Assembly: GCA_905178155.1 (NCBI GenBank)
Contig: CAJINV010000011.1
Location: 2,838,485 to 2,902,484, forward strand
Source: Amoebophrya sp. A120
Taxonomy: Eukaryota; Protista; Dinoflagellata
Length of the DNA stretch: 64,000 nucleotides
Direction of reading: 5' to 3'
In this document: positions 38,681-50,700 of the stretch, one piece after another
How the letters are laid out: each line of letters begins with the position of its first letter
Position numbering within the stretch: the stretch's first letter is position 1
Translations under genes and position numbers: made by a program
The notes under the pieces: model-generated
Told to the model about the DNA's origin: nothing
Seen by the model: only the letters and a program-made list of their open reading frames with translations
Database searches by the model: none

Positions 38681-41600
38681 TCAGAACTGCAGCGGAATCA
38701 GCGCCTCCTCGATCGCTCCCGTGGGCGCGTCTGCGGTGATGTCGACCACTTTTTTCAAGCGGGTCAGTTTTGATTCGTTATAAATCAAATGCGACATCGG
38801 TCCGCGCAGCTTCGCCTCGCGTGGTGTTTCCAGCGCTGCAAGCAGCGTGTTATTCTGGTTATTCATTTTCGAGCCGTTCCTACCTGCGTCGTCGACCAGA
38901 CCCTTGCTGCTCGTCGTCCCCCGCCGTCCACCCGCGATGGTGGCCCGTGGATTCGGGCTTGCCTTCAAAAACGCGGGCGTCGCCTGGGCCATAGAGAGGC
39001 TCGTCCGCGCGTTAGCCGCCGGGCTTTTTGCAAGCGAGCCGGCGGCTGTTGTTGTTCCCGCGGAGCCGGGCCTTTGTACTACTACATCATCTTCGTCTCC
39101 CCATGGGTCGGCTTGGTTCAGCGTGTTGGTCACGACTTGAAACTGCATCGCGGGTAAGCCGTCGCGGCACCGCTGGATCATATCGCGGAGGTCGGCGTCG
39201 GAAGGAAGGTGGAAACAGGGCCAGGCCGGGCATTCCCACACGACGGACGGAGCCTTCAGCTCCGCGTTTCCGAGGACTTCGTAGGCCTGTGGTCGTAATA
39301 TTCTTTTCGTCTCAAAGTCAAATGTTTTGCCTATCAGGTTCAAATGAGAAGTAGCACGTTGAAAGAGAAATAACTTCCCAAGGATCTTTCTCTTTGAACA
39401 ATAGGATCTTTCTCTTTGAACAACAAAGTTGACCTCAGCATTAACACGCCTTATACCTCCCTCTCAGCTCGCCACTCTCGAATTTCGCCCCACCAGTCCT
39501 CTAGTTGCTGTGCGTAGCCCCGCAAATGCGGCACGAGGTAGTAGCGCTTCATCCGGAGTTCTTGGGTTATGAACGCCATGCGCACGTCCGCCGGCTGCTC
39601 CAACGCGTGCAGGTGAGCCTGTTAGAGTCAGTCATGTTTTTGTATATGCGAACATCCGCTGGACTTCAAATGAGCATATGAACTTCGCAATCGTCATCAC
39701 GTCATCTGTGATATCGTGATCAAAAATAGCAATACATACCGAAAAGTCCATATCCAGATGATCCCCGGCACCACCCCTTCCCCCCTTGGCGTGATGTGGT
39801 TTCTCCTTAGAGTGCGTGACACTCCTTCGTCTCTGCCCGGTGGTCGCGGCCCCACCGTGGTGTGCTGCGGTCGTTTTGCTTGTGTTGTTATGCTTGTCCT
39901 TGCTTCCCTGCGCGCCGGTTGTTGCTGTGCTATGCTCTTTTTCCTTACTGCGCCTTGACGTGCTGACGCCGTGGTTCTGGAGTCCAGCGTGGGATCTCAG
40001 ATCGACCGAGGCGGTTGGATTATGATTGTTCTGATAGAAGTCCTTGTCTGCTGTATGTGTTGTTCCTCCTGAAGCATTTCCACCCGCCGCCTCTGCTTTA
40101 TTCTTATGGTCCTTCTTCGCATGGTGGTGGTGGTGGTCCTTTTTCGGCATCACTGTCCCTCCGTGCATCGCCACCAACTCCTGCAGCAAGATCTCGTGCT
40201 CCATTTCCAACCATCTCGCCGCAGTCTCCTGTCGGTGCCGTTCGAGTTTCTCGAAACTGCGGCGCCAAAACCGCTGTATTTTGATCATCGCACCGTGAAA
40301 TTTTCGGATGGTGATCATAAACTTCCCGCCCTCGCTCCACAACTTCATGCAGTGAAAAATCGCCGCCGCTTTTTTTCGCCGCAGCATTACCCGGGCCCGC
40401 AACGCGATCGGCCGTTGGATCTCGGCAAACCTTTTTTTAACGTAGTACTAACAGTGTTAAGTGACGACGGTGAAGTAGTATTTTTGGAAATGTTGAGTCG
40501 GCAATATTAATTTGAAGTGACGAGGCTAAAGTGATTTTTTCCATATGTTGCGTCGGCAGTTTTTTTGAAGGGCGAACTACAAATCATTATTCCGTAATCG
40601 TATACAGCGCTGCAGGACGAAGCAGTAAACAGAAAGACGAAAAGAGCATCTGCCTAAAAAAAACTTTACCTCGCCATGGTCGCGGGCTGTTGGAAATCCT
40701 TGATGAAGGCTTCCCAGGCGATGGCCTGCCGGCGCTTTTTCCGGAGCATTGATCCCACAGAAAAAAGCAGCAGGGAGGGCATATTTGTAATGCAAAAACA
40801 AGTACACAGAAGAATCTGTCATGGGCGGCCGCATAGCATGCTGTTTAGGATAATACGCAATGCAGATTTCTCTGTATATTCATTTTTGCATTACAAAAAT
40901 GACCTGCCTGCTTTTTTCTGTGTGCTAGCATTACCCGCAACGCCATGGCGATTTCCTCGCGCTCGGTCATTGCAACGGGCTCCTCTTTCTGTTCCCGGAG
41001 CTGGGTGTGCTTGCTGTCCATCTGGTCGAGGGGGATGGTCAGGGCGGTCAGCATGTACCAGAAAGTCGTAACGAGGTTTGTTTTCAGCTGTACATTCGTC
41101 TTGTCATGGAGAAGGTCTTCTTGGAGACTGATAAGTAGTGTTTTTCGAATTCGAACAAAGAGGAAGAACAAGAAAAACAAATGCAAATCATTTTACTGGT
41201 ACAGCAGATATTAAATTCGCACCGCGTCGCTCTACTTGTGCCTTCACGAGGCTGAAGTACAACTTGCACTTACCTGATCGCCAAAGGATTTCCCTCCGTC
41301 ATATTCGTCCTTTTTATCCCCGCAAACGCAAATTTCCCGTCCGCCCCCGCTTTTGGCGACAAGAGACTCGCTCGAGACGTCGGCGACAAGGGTGACCGCG
41401 ACGACGCCGGGGACGCGCTGGCTCCACCGCTATCCTGTGCAAAAGTATCGTAAGTACTCGTTGTGTTGCAATCATGCATTACAAATCCTTTTCTTAGGGT
41501 CAATCCGCATTACAAATTTCATTTGTCATGCTGAGGAAATTTGTCATGCATTTATAGGAGTACGATACTTTTGCAGTTCATAACCGCCTCCCTTCATGGA

Positions 41601-43494
41601 TCTCGGCGATCTCGAGCGCTCCCGCTTCAGCGAACTGGCGGACCGCTTCACGTACTCCCGTTCCCACTGCATGATCTTTTCCTGCATCTGCTCCACCTTC
41701 CGACACTGCGTGTCGAAAATTCGCTTGTTCAAAAGCGCGTTTTGCACCCGCAAGCGGTGCTTTTTCGCGTCGGGTAAAAACTGTTTCAGCGACTCGGTCG
41801 ATTGGTTCTTCGCCATGAAGTCGCATCAAGAGCAAATATGTCTGGGTCTGGAAGAATGCATGTTTGTCATGCTTGGCTGGCATGATTCTCAAATCTGTCA
41901 CGCACGTTACCCAAGAGCCCGATTTGTCTGTCATGCAGAGCCGCAGTTTGTCATGCAGAATAGGCAACACCTAGAAGGTGCTCAGAAACTTGTCATGCTG
42001 AGCCAGCACTCGTGGCCTCCTCAGGATACGCCACTCAGCATCACAAGTTTCCAGACCCAGACATATTTGCAATGCATAAGTCGTGTTGGTGAGTGATCTT
42101 CCAGGGTAAAGGGGACAGCTTATTCAGCTTTAACGGCGGGAGGTCGATAAAATTGTTGTTTCGCGACGAGCTACTGTTCGAGTGGCTACTGCCTGCTCCG
42201 AAGAAAGAGGAAAAGTCGTTGCTGGGGTCGAACTTCGTGCTGGAGGTCCTGGAAAGCGTGCGCCGCGGGGAATCACCGGCGGAGTTTAGAAGGGTTGGGT
42301 AAGAGGAGGTGCTGGTCATACCTGTGGAGGATTTCGTGATGTGCTTCGGCGTGTATTCAAAATTTCTGATTCTACAGAACAGAACGATATACAGTCTGGC
42401 ACTTCTATATATCCGTTGTGGGGCGCGGCATGGATGGTACTATTCAAAAATTTGCACCGAAGAAACTTTAACTTTTCTCAAAAACTCTGTACGCGTCACT
42501 CCAAACCCGCTTTTCTTGTTCCCCGAGCCGCCACTCGGCGTGGAGGAAGATTTGTTGCTTTTCACTTTTCCGATCGGCGTATTGGGCATATTGTCCTTCT
42601 GCGTTCCCCTTCTTTCCATTCCCGTATAATTACCGCCGTTCTTGGGCCGAAAGCCCCCGCCGGTGCTGTTTGCCGAGCCGGGCTTGGTCAATTTCCCGCT
42701 GTTTGTGAAGCTCGCGTGCGTCGTCAGCGTCTGCCGGATCCGCTTCGCGAGCCGCTCCGGTATCGGATTCTCAGACGTTACATTCTCATCTGTTACATGA
42801 TTTGTCATGCAAAACGACCATAAGCCGCCACACGATCAAGGTGCTTCGCATGACAAATTCTCGAAGGGCTAAACACCAACTGAATCTGCTTCAAATTTGT
42901 AATGCGAAGCGCGCAATCTTCCCGCGTTCACTTTTGCTGTTCTTGCATCACAAATCCATGTAACAGTTGAGAATGTAACAGTTGAAAACACCATATCCGG
43001 CTCGTTTTCCTTCGGAATCCCGTTGGCGACCTGCTCCAAAATTTTCGTTTTGGACGGCGAGCTGCCGTTCCGGTTGCTGTTCATAACGTATGCATTGCAA
43101 AAGTAACGTACTAGTTCTAGTATGAATTGCATTACAAATTAGCCCAGCATTGGAAATGGAATTTGTAATGCTGTTTTACCTTGAGAACGAGATCTGTATT
43201 GCATAAATGCAATTACTACGAGTACGATACTTTTGCACAGGATATAACGAGCGTGGCGTCGATCCCGAGTTCGGACTCCGGACAATTGTACTTGGCCACG
43301 TAGGGGTTGTGCAGCGGCGACCCGGGCGGGCTCCACTGCGCGTTGAAGGTCAGCTGCGCACGGGCCTTCGGGGAGCCCACCGGCGCCACCGCGGTTGTGG
43401 AGGTCACACTCCATTCGGACTGCTCGTTCCGGTTGCCGCCGAGGTGGAGCAGCAGGCCGGGGCGCTCGCGGCCCCGCCACGAGGTACTAGTCAT
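38681..43494 (-). CDS. Hypothetical protein with an IQ-like motif and predicted coiled-coil stretches, ~11 exons
   Basis: Exons join in frame across five introners and five GT-AG introns; MIKIQRFWRRSFEK IQ-like motif; start uncertain. Confidence 0.65.
40751..40927. mobile_element. TIR introner, family G (cacagaaaaaagcag core), degenerate ends
   Basis: Direct repeat gcatt; ends gat...cta; junction LRVMLRKK in frame. Confidence 0.8.
41431..41582. mobile_element. TIR introner, family B
   Basis: Direct repeat accgc; junction MKGGGGAS in frame. Confidence 0.9.
41824..42078. mobile_element. TIR introner, family A
   Basis: Direct repeat agtcg; left end reads cat instead of tat; junction QHDFMAKN in frame. 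Confidence 0.9.
42761..42995. mobile_element. TIR introner, family F (gttacattctca.ctgttacatg core)
   Basis: Direct repeat tccgg; junction ENEPERLAK in frame. Confidence 0.9.
43089..43244. mobile_element. TIR introner, family B (opposite orientation to 34576 and 41431)
   Basis: Direct repeat taacg; junction TLVMNSN in frame. Confidence 0.9.
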
Positions 43495-43985
43495 GAGGCT
43501 GGAGTGCGGGGTGGTGCAGGAGAGGTACTCATGGTGTTGTCGTGGGGAAACCGGACCTTCTGTGGCGCTTCTAACGAACCTGCTCTTCTACTGATGCACT
43601 AGCTTGTTGTCCGGGCAAAAATACTGCTGGACGCGCTGAACCATCACTCCGCGCAGCATTGCGCAGCACTCTGACCACGATGGCAAAAATGCTCCTGATG
43701 TGCTGTGGTCCTGCTCTCTAGAACTGCACGCTTTCATCTAGAATAGGCATTCGGTGGTGCAGCAGAAAACCTGCTCCTCTCAAACCAGCTCCGTGATGTT
43801 ATCTGATCGGAGTTGACAAATTAAACACTCCACAGCGTAAAAATGCTGGCTCCGGTGACTGGCTGTCTTGTACTTGAATGACTTTCCTTCGTGCTTTTAG
43901 AAAGAGAAACCTTTTTTACATTATAAGCTTAGATAGATAGTATGCACTTCTTGCTGTACAAGGTGCTCGTATTGTTCATTCTCAT

Positions 43986-45011
43986 TCATCGGTAGATTTT
44001 CATACAAGTTTTGAACAGGTCTTCCAAGTCGTATTTTCGGCATTCTGCCGCGAGCAGGTTCATTTCGTCAGGGCCAAACTCGTGAAACAGGCCCAGGGGT
44101 AATTTTCGCAAGCTGTTGATCGTTCCTGTCGCTAAACACTCGTCATCTGCCTCGACAATCTCCTCCCCGCGCACTGCGAAGTATTTCCACCGGAGTCGCT
44201 GAATTGCATTCACATACGCGTCGCACGCGTCCTCCTCGCCCTCAATTAGGACCACCCCAGGGTACCCGATTTTGCTGAAGCCGGAAAGGTTCAGCTGTCT
44301 CGCGCACTCGATAATGGCCCGTCTCTTTCCCGGCGCGCGAATGTGGTGCGAGTACATCAGCCGCCGCCCCAGCTTTTTCGCTTTCGTGATGGTCTGTCCG
44401 GTGCTGGTTACCTCCGTGTTGCCAAAAAAGTTGTCAAAAACTACAGAACTGCTGTCAGCATCGTCATCATCGAAGTCTGTCGCTGCTTCCACTTGCCGCA
44501 ACTGCTCCTGGTCGTGCAATAAATCTGTGGCGTGCTGCGCTATCTCCAGTAGCATCTCCACCGGCTCGTCGCGGGACGCGCTTTGCTCATAGACGAACGC
44601 TTGGAGCGCAGCGTCCAAGACGTCCTTTTGGGCCACTATGGTGCCCGGGCTCGACGCTTTGTCTCGACTTCTTTCTCCATGGTCGAGCCACACCAAGGGA
44701 ACGGCATCCGGGTCGAGAAGGTAACGGACTGGCAGCAAGGCGCGCAAGGTCGTTGTGTCGTTGAGACGAAGCTTCACGTCGGGAAGTTCTTTTAGAACGG
44801 GCGTGAATTCAGAAGTTCTTGCGGTAGATGAATGCTCAGGCGCCTGTCGGCTGCGTGCGGCGCTAGAAGGGTCGCTAGTCGTGGTGCTGATTCGGCGTAA
44901 TTCCGATAGGGCATCGCTGTCCGTGGAAAAGTCGAGCCCATAGATGCTCTGCAAAGCGTCAAACTCGTCGACGACGCGACGAACAGCTTCGAGGATTGCA
45001 GGAGGATGCAT
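43986..45011 (-). CDS. RWDD2: RWD domain-containing protein 2-like (DUF1115)
   Basis: N-terminal EFDALQSIY (RWD); C-terminal RRLMYSHHIRAPGKR...LSGFSKIGYPGVVLIEG...IQRLRWK. Confidence 0.82.
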   Translation of the reverse strand: MHPPAILEAVRRVVDEFDALQSIYGLDFSTDSDALSELRRISTTTSDPSSAARSRQAPEHSSTARTSEFTPVLKELPDVKLRLNDTTTLRALLPVRYLLDPDAVPLVWLDHGERSRDKASSPGTIVAQKDVLDAALQAFVYEQSASRDEPVEMLLEIAQHATDLLHDQEQLRQVEAATDFDDDDADSSSVVFDNFFGNTEVTSTGQTITKAKKLGRRLMYSHHIRAPGKRRAIIECARQLNLSGFSKIGYPGVVLIEGEEDACDAYVNAIQRLRWKYFAVRGEEIVEADDECLATGTINSLRKLPLGLFHEFGPDEMNLLAAECRKYDLEDLFKTCMKIYR

Positions 45012-45179
45012 TTTGCGGGGGGAGTCGTGATTAAGAGGCGCTGCCCCACCGCAGCTCTTTCGTCATTGATATTGTTCGACTTCTACTATGAGCTTGCGTC
45101 TAGCGCAGTGCATTGCTTAAGCAACAAGTATAGGTTTGATTTGTCATAGATTATGATTGTCTTTTTTGTTCGAGTTGCG

Positions 45180-47160
45180 TGCAAGAAGGCTGAACACTGA
45201 ACGGGCCGCGAAACCAATGCGGAGGCCCTTCGCCTCTGCATCAGCGTCGAAGCTGCCTGAAAGCCTGCACGCATTTTCCTACAGATATTTCGCTTCTTCT
45301 TTTGACGTACGTGGAGCAACGGCGATAGCCACCCGAAGGTGCTTTGTGCCTGCTGCGCACCACAGGCAATGCCTGTTGAAAGATGGCATGGTGAGCAAGC
45401 CCACCACCAACCGCAGGCGCATCGGCAAACAATGCATGCCCACCAACCGAGGCGGGCGCGCAGGTTGCAAAGGCTGCCTGGCCAACACAATCACTGCGCC
45501 GGGCGCCAAACGAGTCGCGCAATGAGTGTTTGCTTGGGCCGGGCAGCTGCAGGGGGTGCGCCCGCGCGGCCTGGCGGTGGCTGGCATTCCGACCGCGCGG
45601 CCTGGAGCATCCTCTCCCGCCCTGCGTGCCCGCTCCGCATGTAGTGGATTTCGCCGGCTTCGAAGCGCTTCGTCTCGGCGTGCCCGAATGCGCCATGCTT
45701 GGGGGCGCCCGTGCCCCCACACCGGGGACGCCCATCACAGAAGGGCAAGAATCGCCGACAGTGGGCCTAGCCTCAGCGCTGGACCTTCATCCCGGGGCGC
45801 CCGGGCGCCGGGGGAAGCCGGCGCGCCAAGTCGCTGCCGCCGCGCGCGGGGATTCCCCCCGCGTCCGTGGTGTGGTGCTTCGCGCCTTTTGCGCGGCCTG
45901 CCCCCCGATTTCCCGACGGCCGAGGCTCTGCTCGGTGCATGCCCAGGCCGTTCCGGCGCGAGTGCGCTCGATGGCGCCTCCGGGCCCCAGCGCTTTCATT
46001 GGCCTTGTTCCCTTTCCGGTGTCCGTCTGCAGTCTCACTCTCACTCCTGCTGCACAACCAGCCTGGCTGTGGCTATTTTCCGAACCTCGGGCGGCCCTCG
46101 GCCCAGACGATAGAGGCCCAAGCTGAACGCGCCAGCAGGCCGGGCCGGGTCGTTACATACCGGCACGCAAAGCCACTGCGGGTTGCCGACTCAGCCCAGA
46201 ATGAAACCGCGGCGACACGCGCGCAACCAGCTTGCCGCGCGCGAGAAAGGGGCCGACTCGGGAGGGCCCCAGGGGTTTGCTTCGTGAGGGTCCTGCGGGT
46301 TGAAAAATGACAAAAAGGGTGGACAAAAAGCGGGGGCCTCGCGCAACAAGGTGGGCAAAAAGGGCGGACGGTAAAGATTAAACGGGCCGCGGCGGGCGGT
46401 GAAAATTACGCGAACCGTCCGAACCAGGCGGGCGGCGCGGCCCCGGCGCGCGTGCGGGCCGGGCTGGGCTACGTGACGGCGTGGCGCCCAGCTTGATGCC
46501 GCGGCGCTTGCTGCTGCGCTTGCCGCCTGAAATAACTCACCCGGATGCGCGCCTGGCTGCCGCCGACGCTCAGCGCCTGCGACTTGCACCGGGCTGCCCC
46601 CTGCAAGCCGCCGAAGGAGGGGCCTGCTGGCGGCTGGAGCCTGTGGTTGAAAATTACCGCCCGAGACAAATCGGCCACCGCGCCTTCCCCGCCCCATCGC
46701 AGCCGCTTCCGCGGCAAAGGCGGGCCAACGTTCTGCCCCGGACCGCGGGCAGAAGGTGGGCGCCGTGGTCCGGCAGCAATGAAAAGACGGCCGCCGCCCC
46801 GGTTTTGGCGTGGCCGGGGCCCAATGCGCCCCACCGCCGCTTCTGCCTTTGCAGACAAAGGCCGCAACCAAACACCAGCGCCCTGCCTTGTAGGCCTCCA
46901 CTGCGCAGCCCTGGCGCGCCATCAGTCCCGGCGCTGTCGCTCTTGGCCCGCTCTGCGCCGGGCTCTCGCGCTCCTCCACAGTGGTGAGAGGCAAACTCAG
47001 ACAGCCCGGAGGCTTCAGCCCAGAGGCTTGCAAGCCACCCGCGACGAGACAGGCCGGCATCGAGTGCACGCAGACGAAGTCCACGCCCATTATAATAATC
47101 CGGCCGCCGCCCATAGTTAGCCACAGCCGGGCCGGGCGGAGCGAGCCCGGCACTTCCTAC
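45180..47160. other. GC-rich intergenic island, probably a repeat or inserted element
   Basis: Abrupt rise in GC relative to other intergenic DNA; overlapping ORFs on both strands, none with a recognisable product; boundaries approximate. Confidence 0.4.
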
Positions 47161-47786
47161 CTGTGAATGCGAACAACAAACAAAGCTGCTTGCGCCCTCC
47201 TCGCTGAAGATCCTTTTGAAATTTTTTTTCGGCAAGAACACGTAGAAGATAAATACAACCTCGTCTTGCAGAAGAACGCGCAAACCATCGCCTGCGCTAG
47301 TACAGGTGAGGTACTTATTCATCCTTTTCCGTAAATTCTTCTTTAGTTTGCATTGCCATCTGCGTGTAATGTCCAGTGTGATGAATTGCCCCAACATGAT
47401 TTTTCTGTTGCTCTTTGTGTGGAGCCTGTGTCGTCATTCATTTTCTTGCAACCAAAAAAAAGCGATAGCCTTAGCCACCATGGGTGAAATAAATGTGTAA
47501 GCAATAGATTCGTGAAAAGCGTTTTTTATTACATTCTGCTATGAATGTGAATGTCAATGTCAACACGACTGTGTAACTGATTCCAAGCGTCAACATCTGC
47601 AGCAAACATTGTCATCTCTCTCCCACTACGCATGATCTTCGAACCAGCCTCAATCACTAGGACGGAAGACGGAGCGCAGCGGAACGATGATGTGCAGCTG
47701 GTGGAAGCTCAACAACAGACGCCGGTAGTAGACAATTGTCGTTTCTCCTCTTGTCCCCGACTCGTTCCACTGAGACCGTTCCCACC

Positions 47787-50700
47787 TTACGCGCCCGCGA
47801 CCACCGCGGCGGCGATCTTGTCCAGCAGGTGGATTTCGCGAATGTAGGTGCTCGAGAAGTCTTTCTGTTGCTTCTGGATGCTGATTTGCACTTCGCCGTC
47901 CTTCACGGAAAAGTTCACGTCGGTGCACACCTTCGGGAGACCGGGGAGGAGAGACGGTCCGCCAGCGTCGCCTGATAACAAGCAATGGTTTAGGATTTAG
48001 GAAAGCCGAAAGATCCAGATTGAAATTTCCGAGCTGTCTGGTAGTTGCTGAAGTGGAAAAACATAGCAAATTGGCAAAAGAAGTTTCTCGTATAATATCA
48101 TACTTGTGTCCATGACGATCTGGAGGTTTTTTGACTCGACGAAGGCGAGGCGTTCCTTGCACTCTTCTTCGTCCCGGAAGTTGCAGAGGCTGGTTAATTT
48201 GGCGAGGGAGATTTTACTGTACATGCGCAGGACGTTCCTCACCCACGGGACGTACCTCTGGCTCATCATCCGCCCCCAGAAGAGCTCCCACTGTCGCTTG
48301 TGGCCCTCCATGGAGTCCTGGCTACCCGTGAGGTCCTCGTCCAGAATGGTGACAAATCGCGGCTGAATCGCGTTGAAAAACTCGACTAATTTCGCCATCC
48401 ACGGCTTCGTGTTCATATCGGTTTCCTGTATGAATTTTTGGGGTTTAGTTATAGGAGGGCAGTTTGCTGCTTTAGCTTTGGAAGATAACTGTACTTTTGA
48501 CACCGACATACAGATCGATATGATCTGTGCCGACATGACTCCTGTAGGCAGTGGAAAGTGCAGCTGGTGGACCAACGCAAGGGAGAACAAGAGACTGAAG
48601 GCTTCTTTCCCTTGCTCTCTCAAGAATGCATGTTACATTTTAGCATTAGCAAGACATCGGTTCAACATTAACATCAATTTCATGTCTCCAAAAGATACCG
48701 GTCCCGCGACGTCTTTGCTGCCCCAGGTTTTCAGAACCTTAATGTCGTCCGCGTACTTGTCCGCGCACCAGTTGGCGACGTTTTCTTCCGGGATGCACTG
48801 GTACCCGTCCGGGGAGAACACCTGACAGAGGACGAACAACCTGACCATGCGGTCCTGCTGTTTCATCAGCTGTCCGGCGTACTGTTCCTGCAACGGCGGG
48901 AACCGCTGCAACTTCTGGATGAAGTGAAGGGTCTGTTTTGGTCGGGTTTGGTTTCGATTGGACATTCATTTGTATTTATCGCCAGGCTACTTCACAACTA
49001 CATGCACTCTGGGTCTGGTATCTTGCCATACTCATTTCTCAACGGTGCATTGAAAGAACTGAAGAAACAGCATGAGAAATTCGTATTCGTAAACACAGCC
49101 ATACAATTTCTATTTTTACCTTGGACACCACGGAGAGGCAGTCGCTGTAGCGTTCGGACATGAAGAGAGAGAAGGCGACAAAGTAGCAAAAAGACACGTG
49201 CGCGGCGGGGCAGCGGTAGTAGAGCGCGTTTTCCCAGCCGAAGTCGAGCTCACCCACACGCTTCAGCGCAACGTCGTATTCACCAAGCATCAAGTGGTAA
49301 CGAACCTGCTGGATCTTCGCGAAGTAACCTGTGGCAATTCCAATTTTTGTGTTTATGCATTAGAAATGTTTTTCGGAAGCGAAACCAGCATTACAACAAA
49401 TTCCACTTGTCACGCGGAGCAAAGCCAAAGTTGTATATGCAAAAACCTAAATACCTAAGAATTTGGCTTGCTCGGAGATCCCGCTGACGTCTCCCTCGTC
49501 GATGCCCTTTTCGATGCGGATAATGGCGTCGATGTTGCTGCCCATTACTAATCGCTTCAAGGTGTAGAACACTTCGCCGGAGTCGAAGACGTTTTTCTGC
49601 TCCTTTACAATGTCGAAGTCCATCAAGGTTTGCCGATTCACCGGCACGGAGGCCTGGCTCGGGTCCTGCTCCAACTGCTTTTGTAATTTCGCCCGCTGCT
49701 GGGTGACCTTGGCCTTGAAGAAGCAGTAGGTGGTGTAGTGGTACAGAAATTCGTCCAGCATCTCCCACAACCAGCAGACGGGGATCACCTGTAATAACCC
49801 GGTGGGCGGCTGCTGTCCGTCGGAAATAGCCTGCAGGTCCTTGCCAACCCGGTCGAAAATGTCTTGGTAGTTGTTCCACGCGTCCACGCGATCCATAGCG
49901 GTCACATGCTTGTCCAATCTGGTAGATAGTTTTTAGATTCCATTTGTCATCTACGTACTGGCGAACATTCCTGCATCCAGAAATATTTCCCGCGTTGGGT
50001 TTTTTGAACTAGGAAGTATCCTCGAGCTCGAGACTCTAATATGCATGAGAAACAAATTCATAGTAAAGTCAAAGAAAGTTACCTTGAGAACAAGTGTCGG
50101 TAGTAAAGTTCCTTGTAGAGAAGGTGCACGTTGTGGTTGTCAGAAAGGCAGGCGCGGGCATCCTCCAGAGACGGCCACTTCTGGTTTTTACCTGTGATGG
50201 AAGTAGATGTTGTCGCTTGCGGTCATCCATTTTTATGTTCTTACGCAAGTAGTACTACTCCCAGCATCAAAATATGCAACTACACAACAAGCACAGCAGG
50301 ACAAAATGTTGTTGTTGACTCCAAGAAAAATCATCATAGTACCGTGCTTCTGTCGAAAGATTCCCTCGGAGAGTTTTGGGTATTCCTTTACGAAAATATC
50401 CTCCACGGTGTCTGCTCTTGACTCCTGAACCGCCTGTGCAAAATCCTCGAGGAAGTTTCTAACCGTAATTGGCACGTCACCGTCTCCCTCACCCATCATC
50501 ATATCATCCTGCCCGCCGCGACCGCCTTGTCCGCCTAGGTTTGGGAAAAGAATTGAGTACTTTACTAGATAATTTTCGCAAAATTGAGTGGTAATACACG
50601 AATGCAAAACAGCTTCATCCATATTGCACTCGTCTCTTTCATCTGATCCTGATGCTGTTGATGTAATTGTAAATCTTGGCACTATAAAATTTATGGTCAA

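Noticed and set aside
39381-39423. Tandem duplication of aggatctttctctttgaacaa
   Set aside because: Two-copy slippage repeat inside an intron, with no sign of function.
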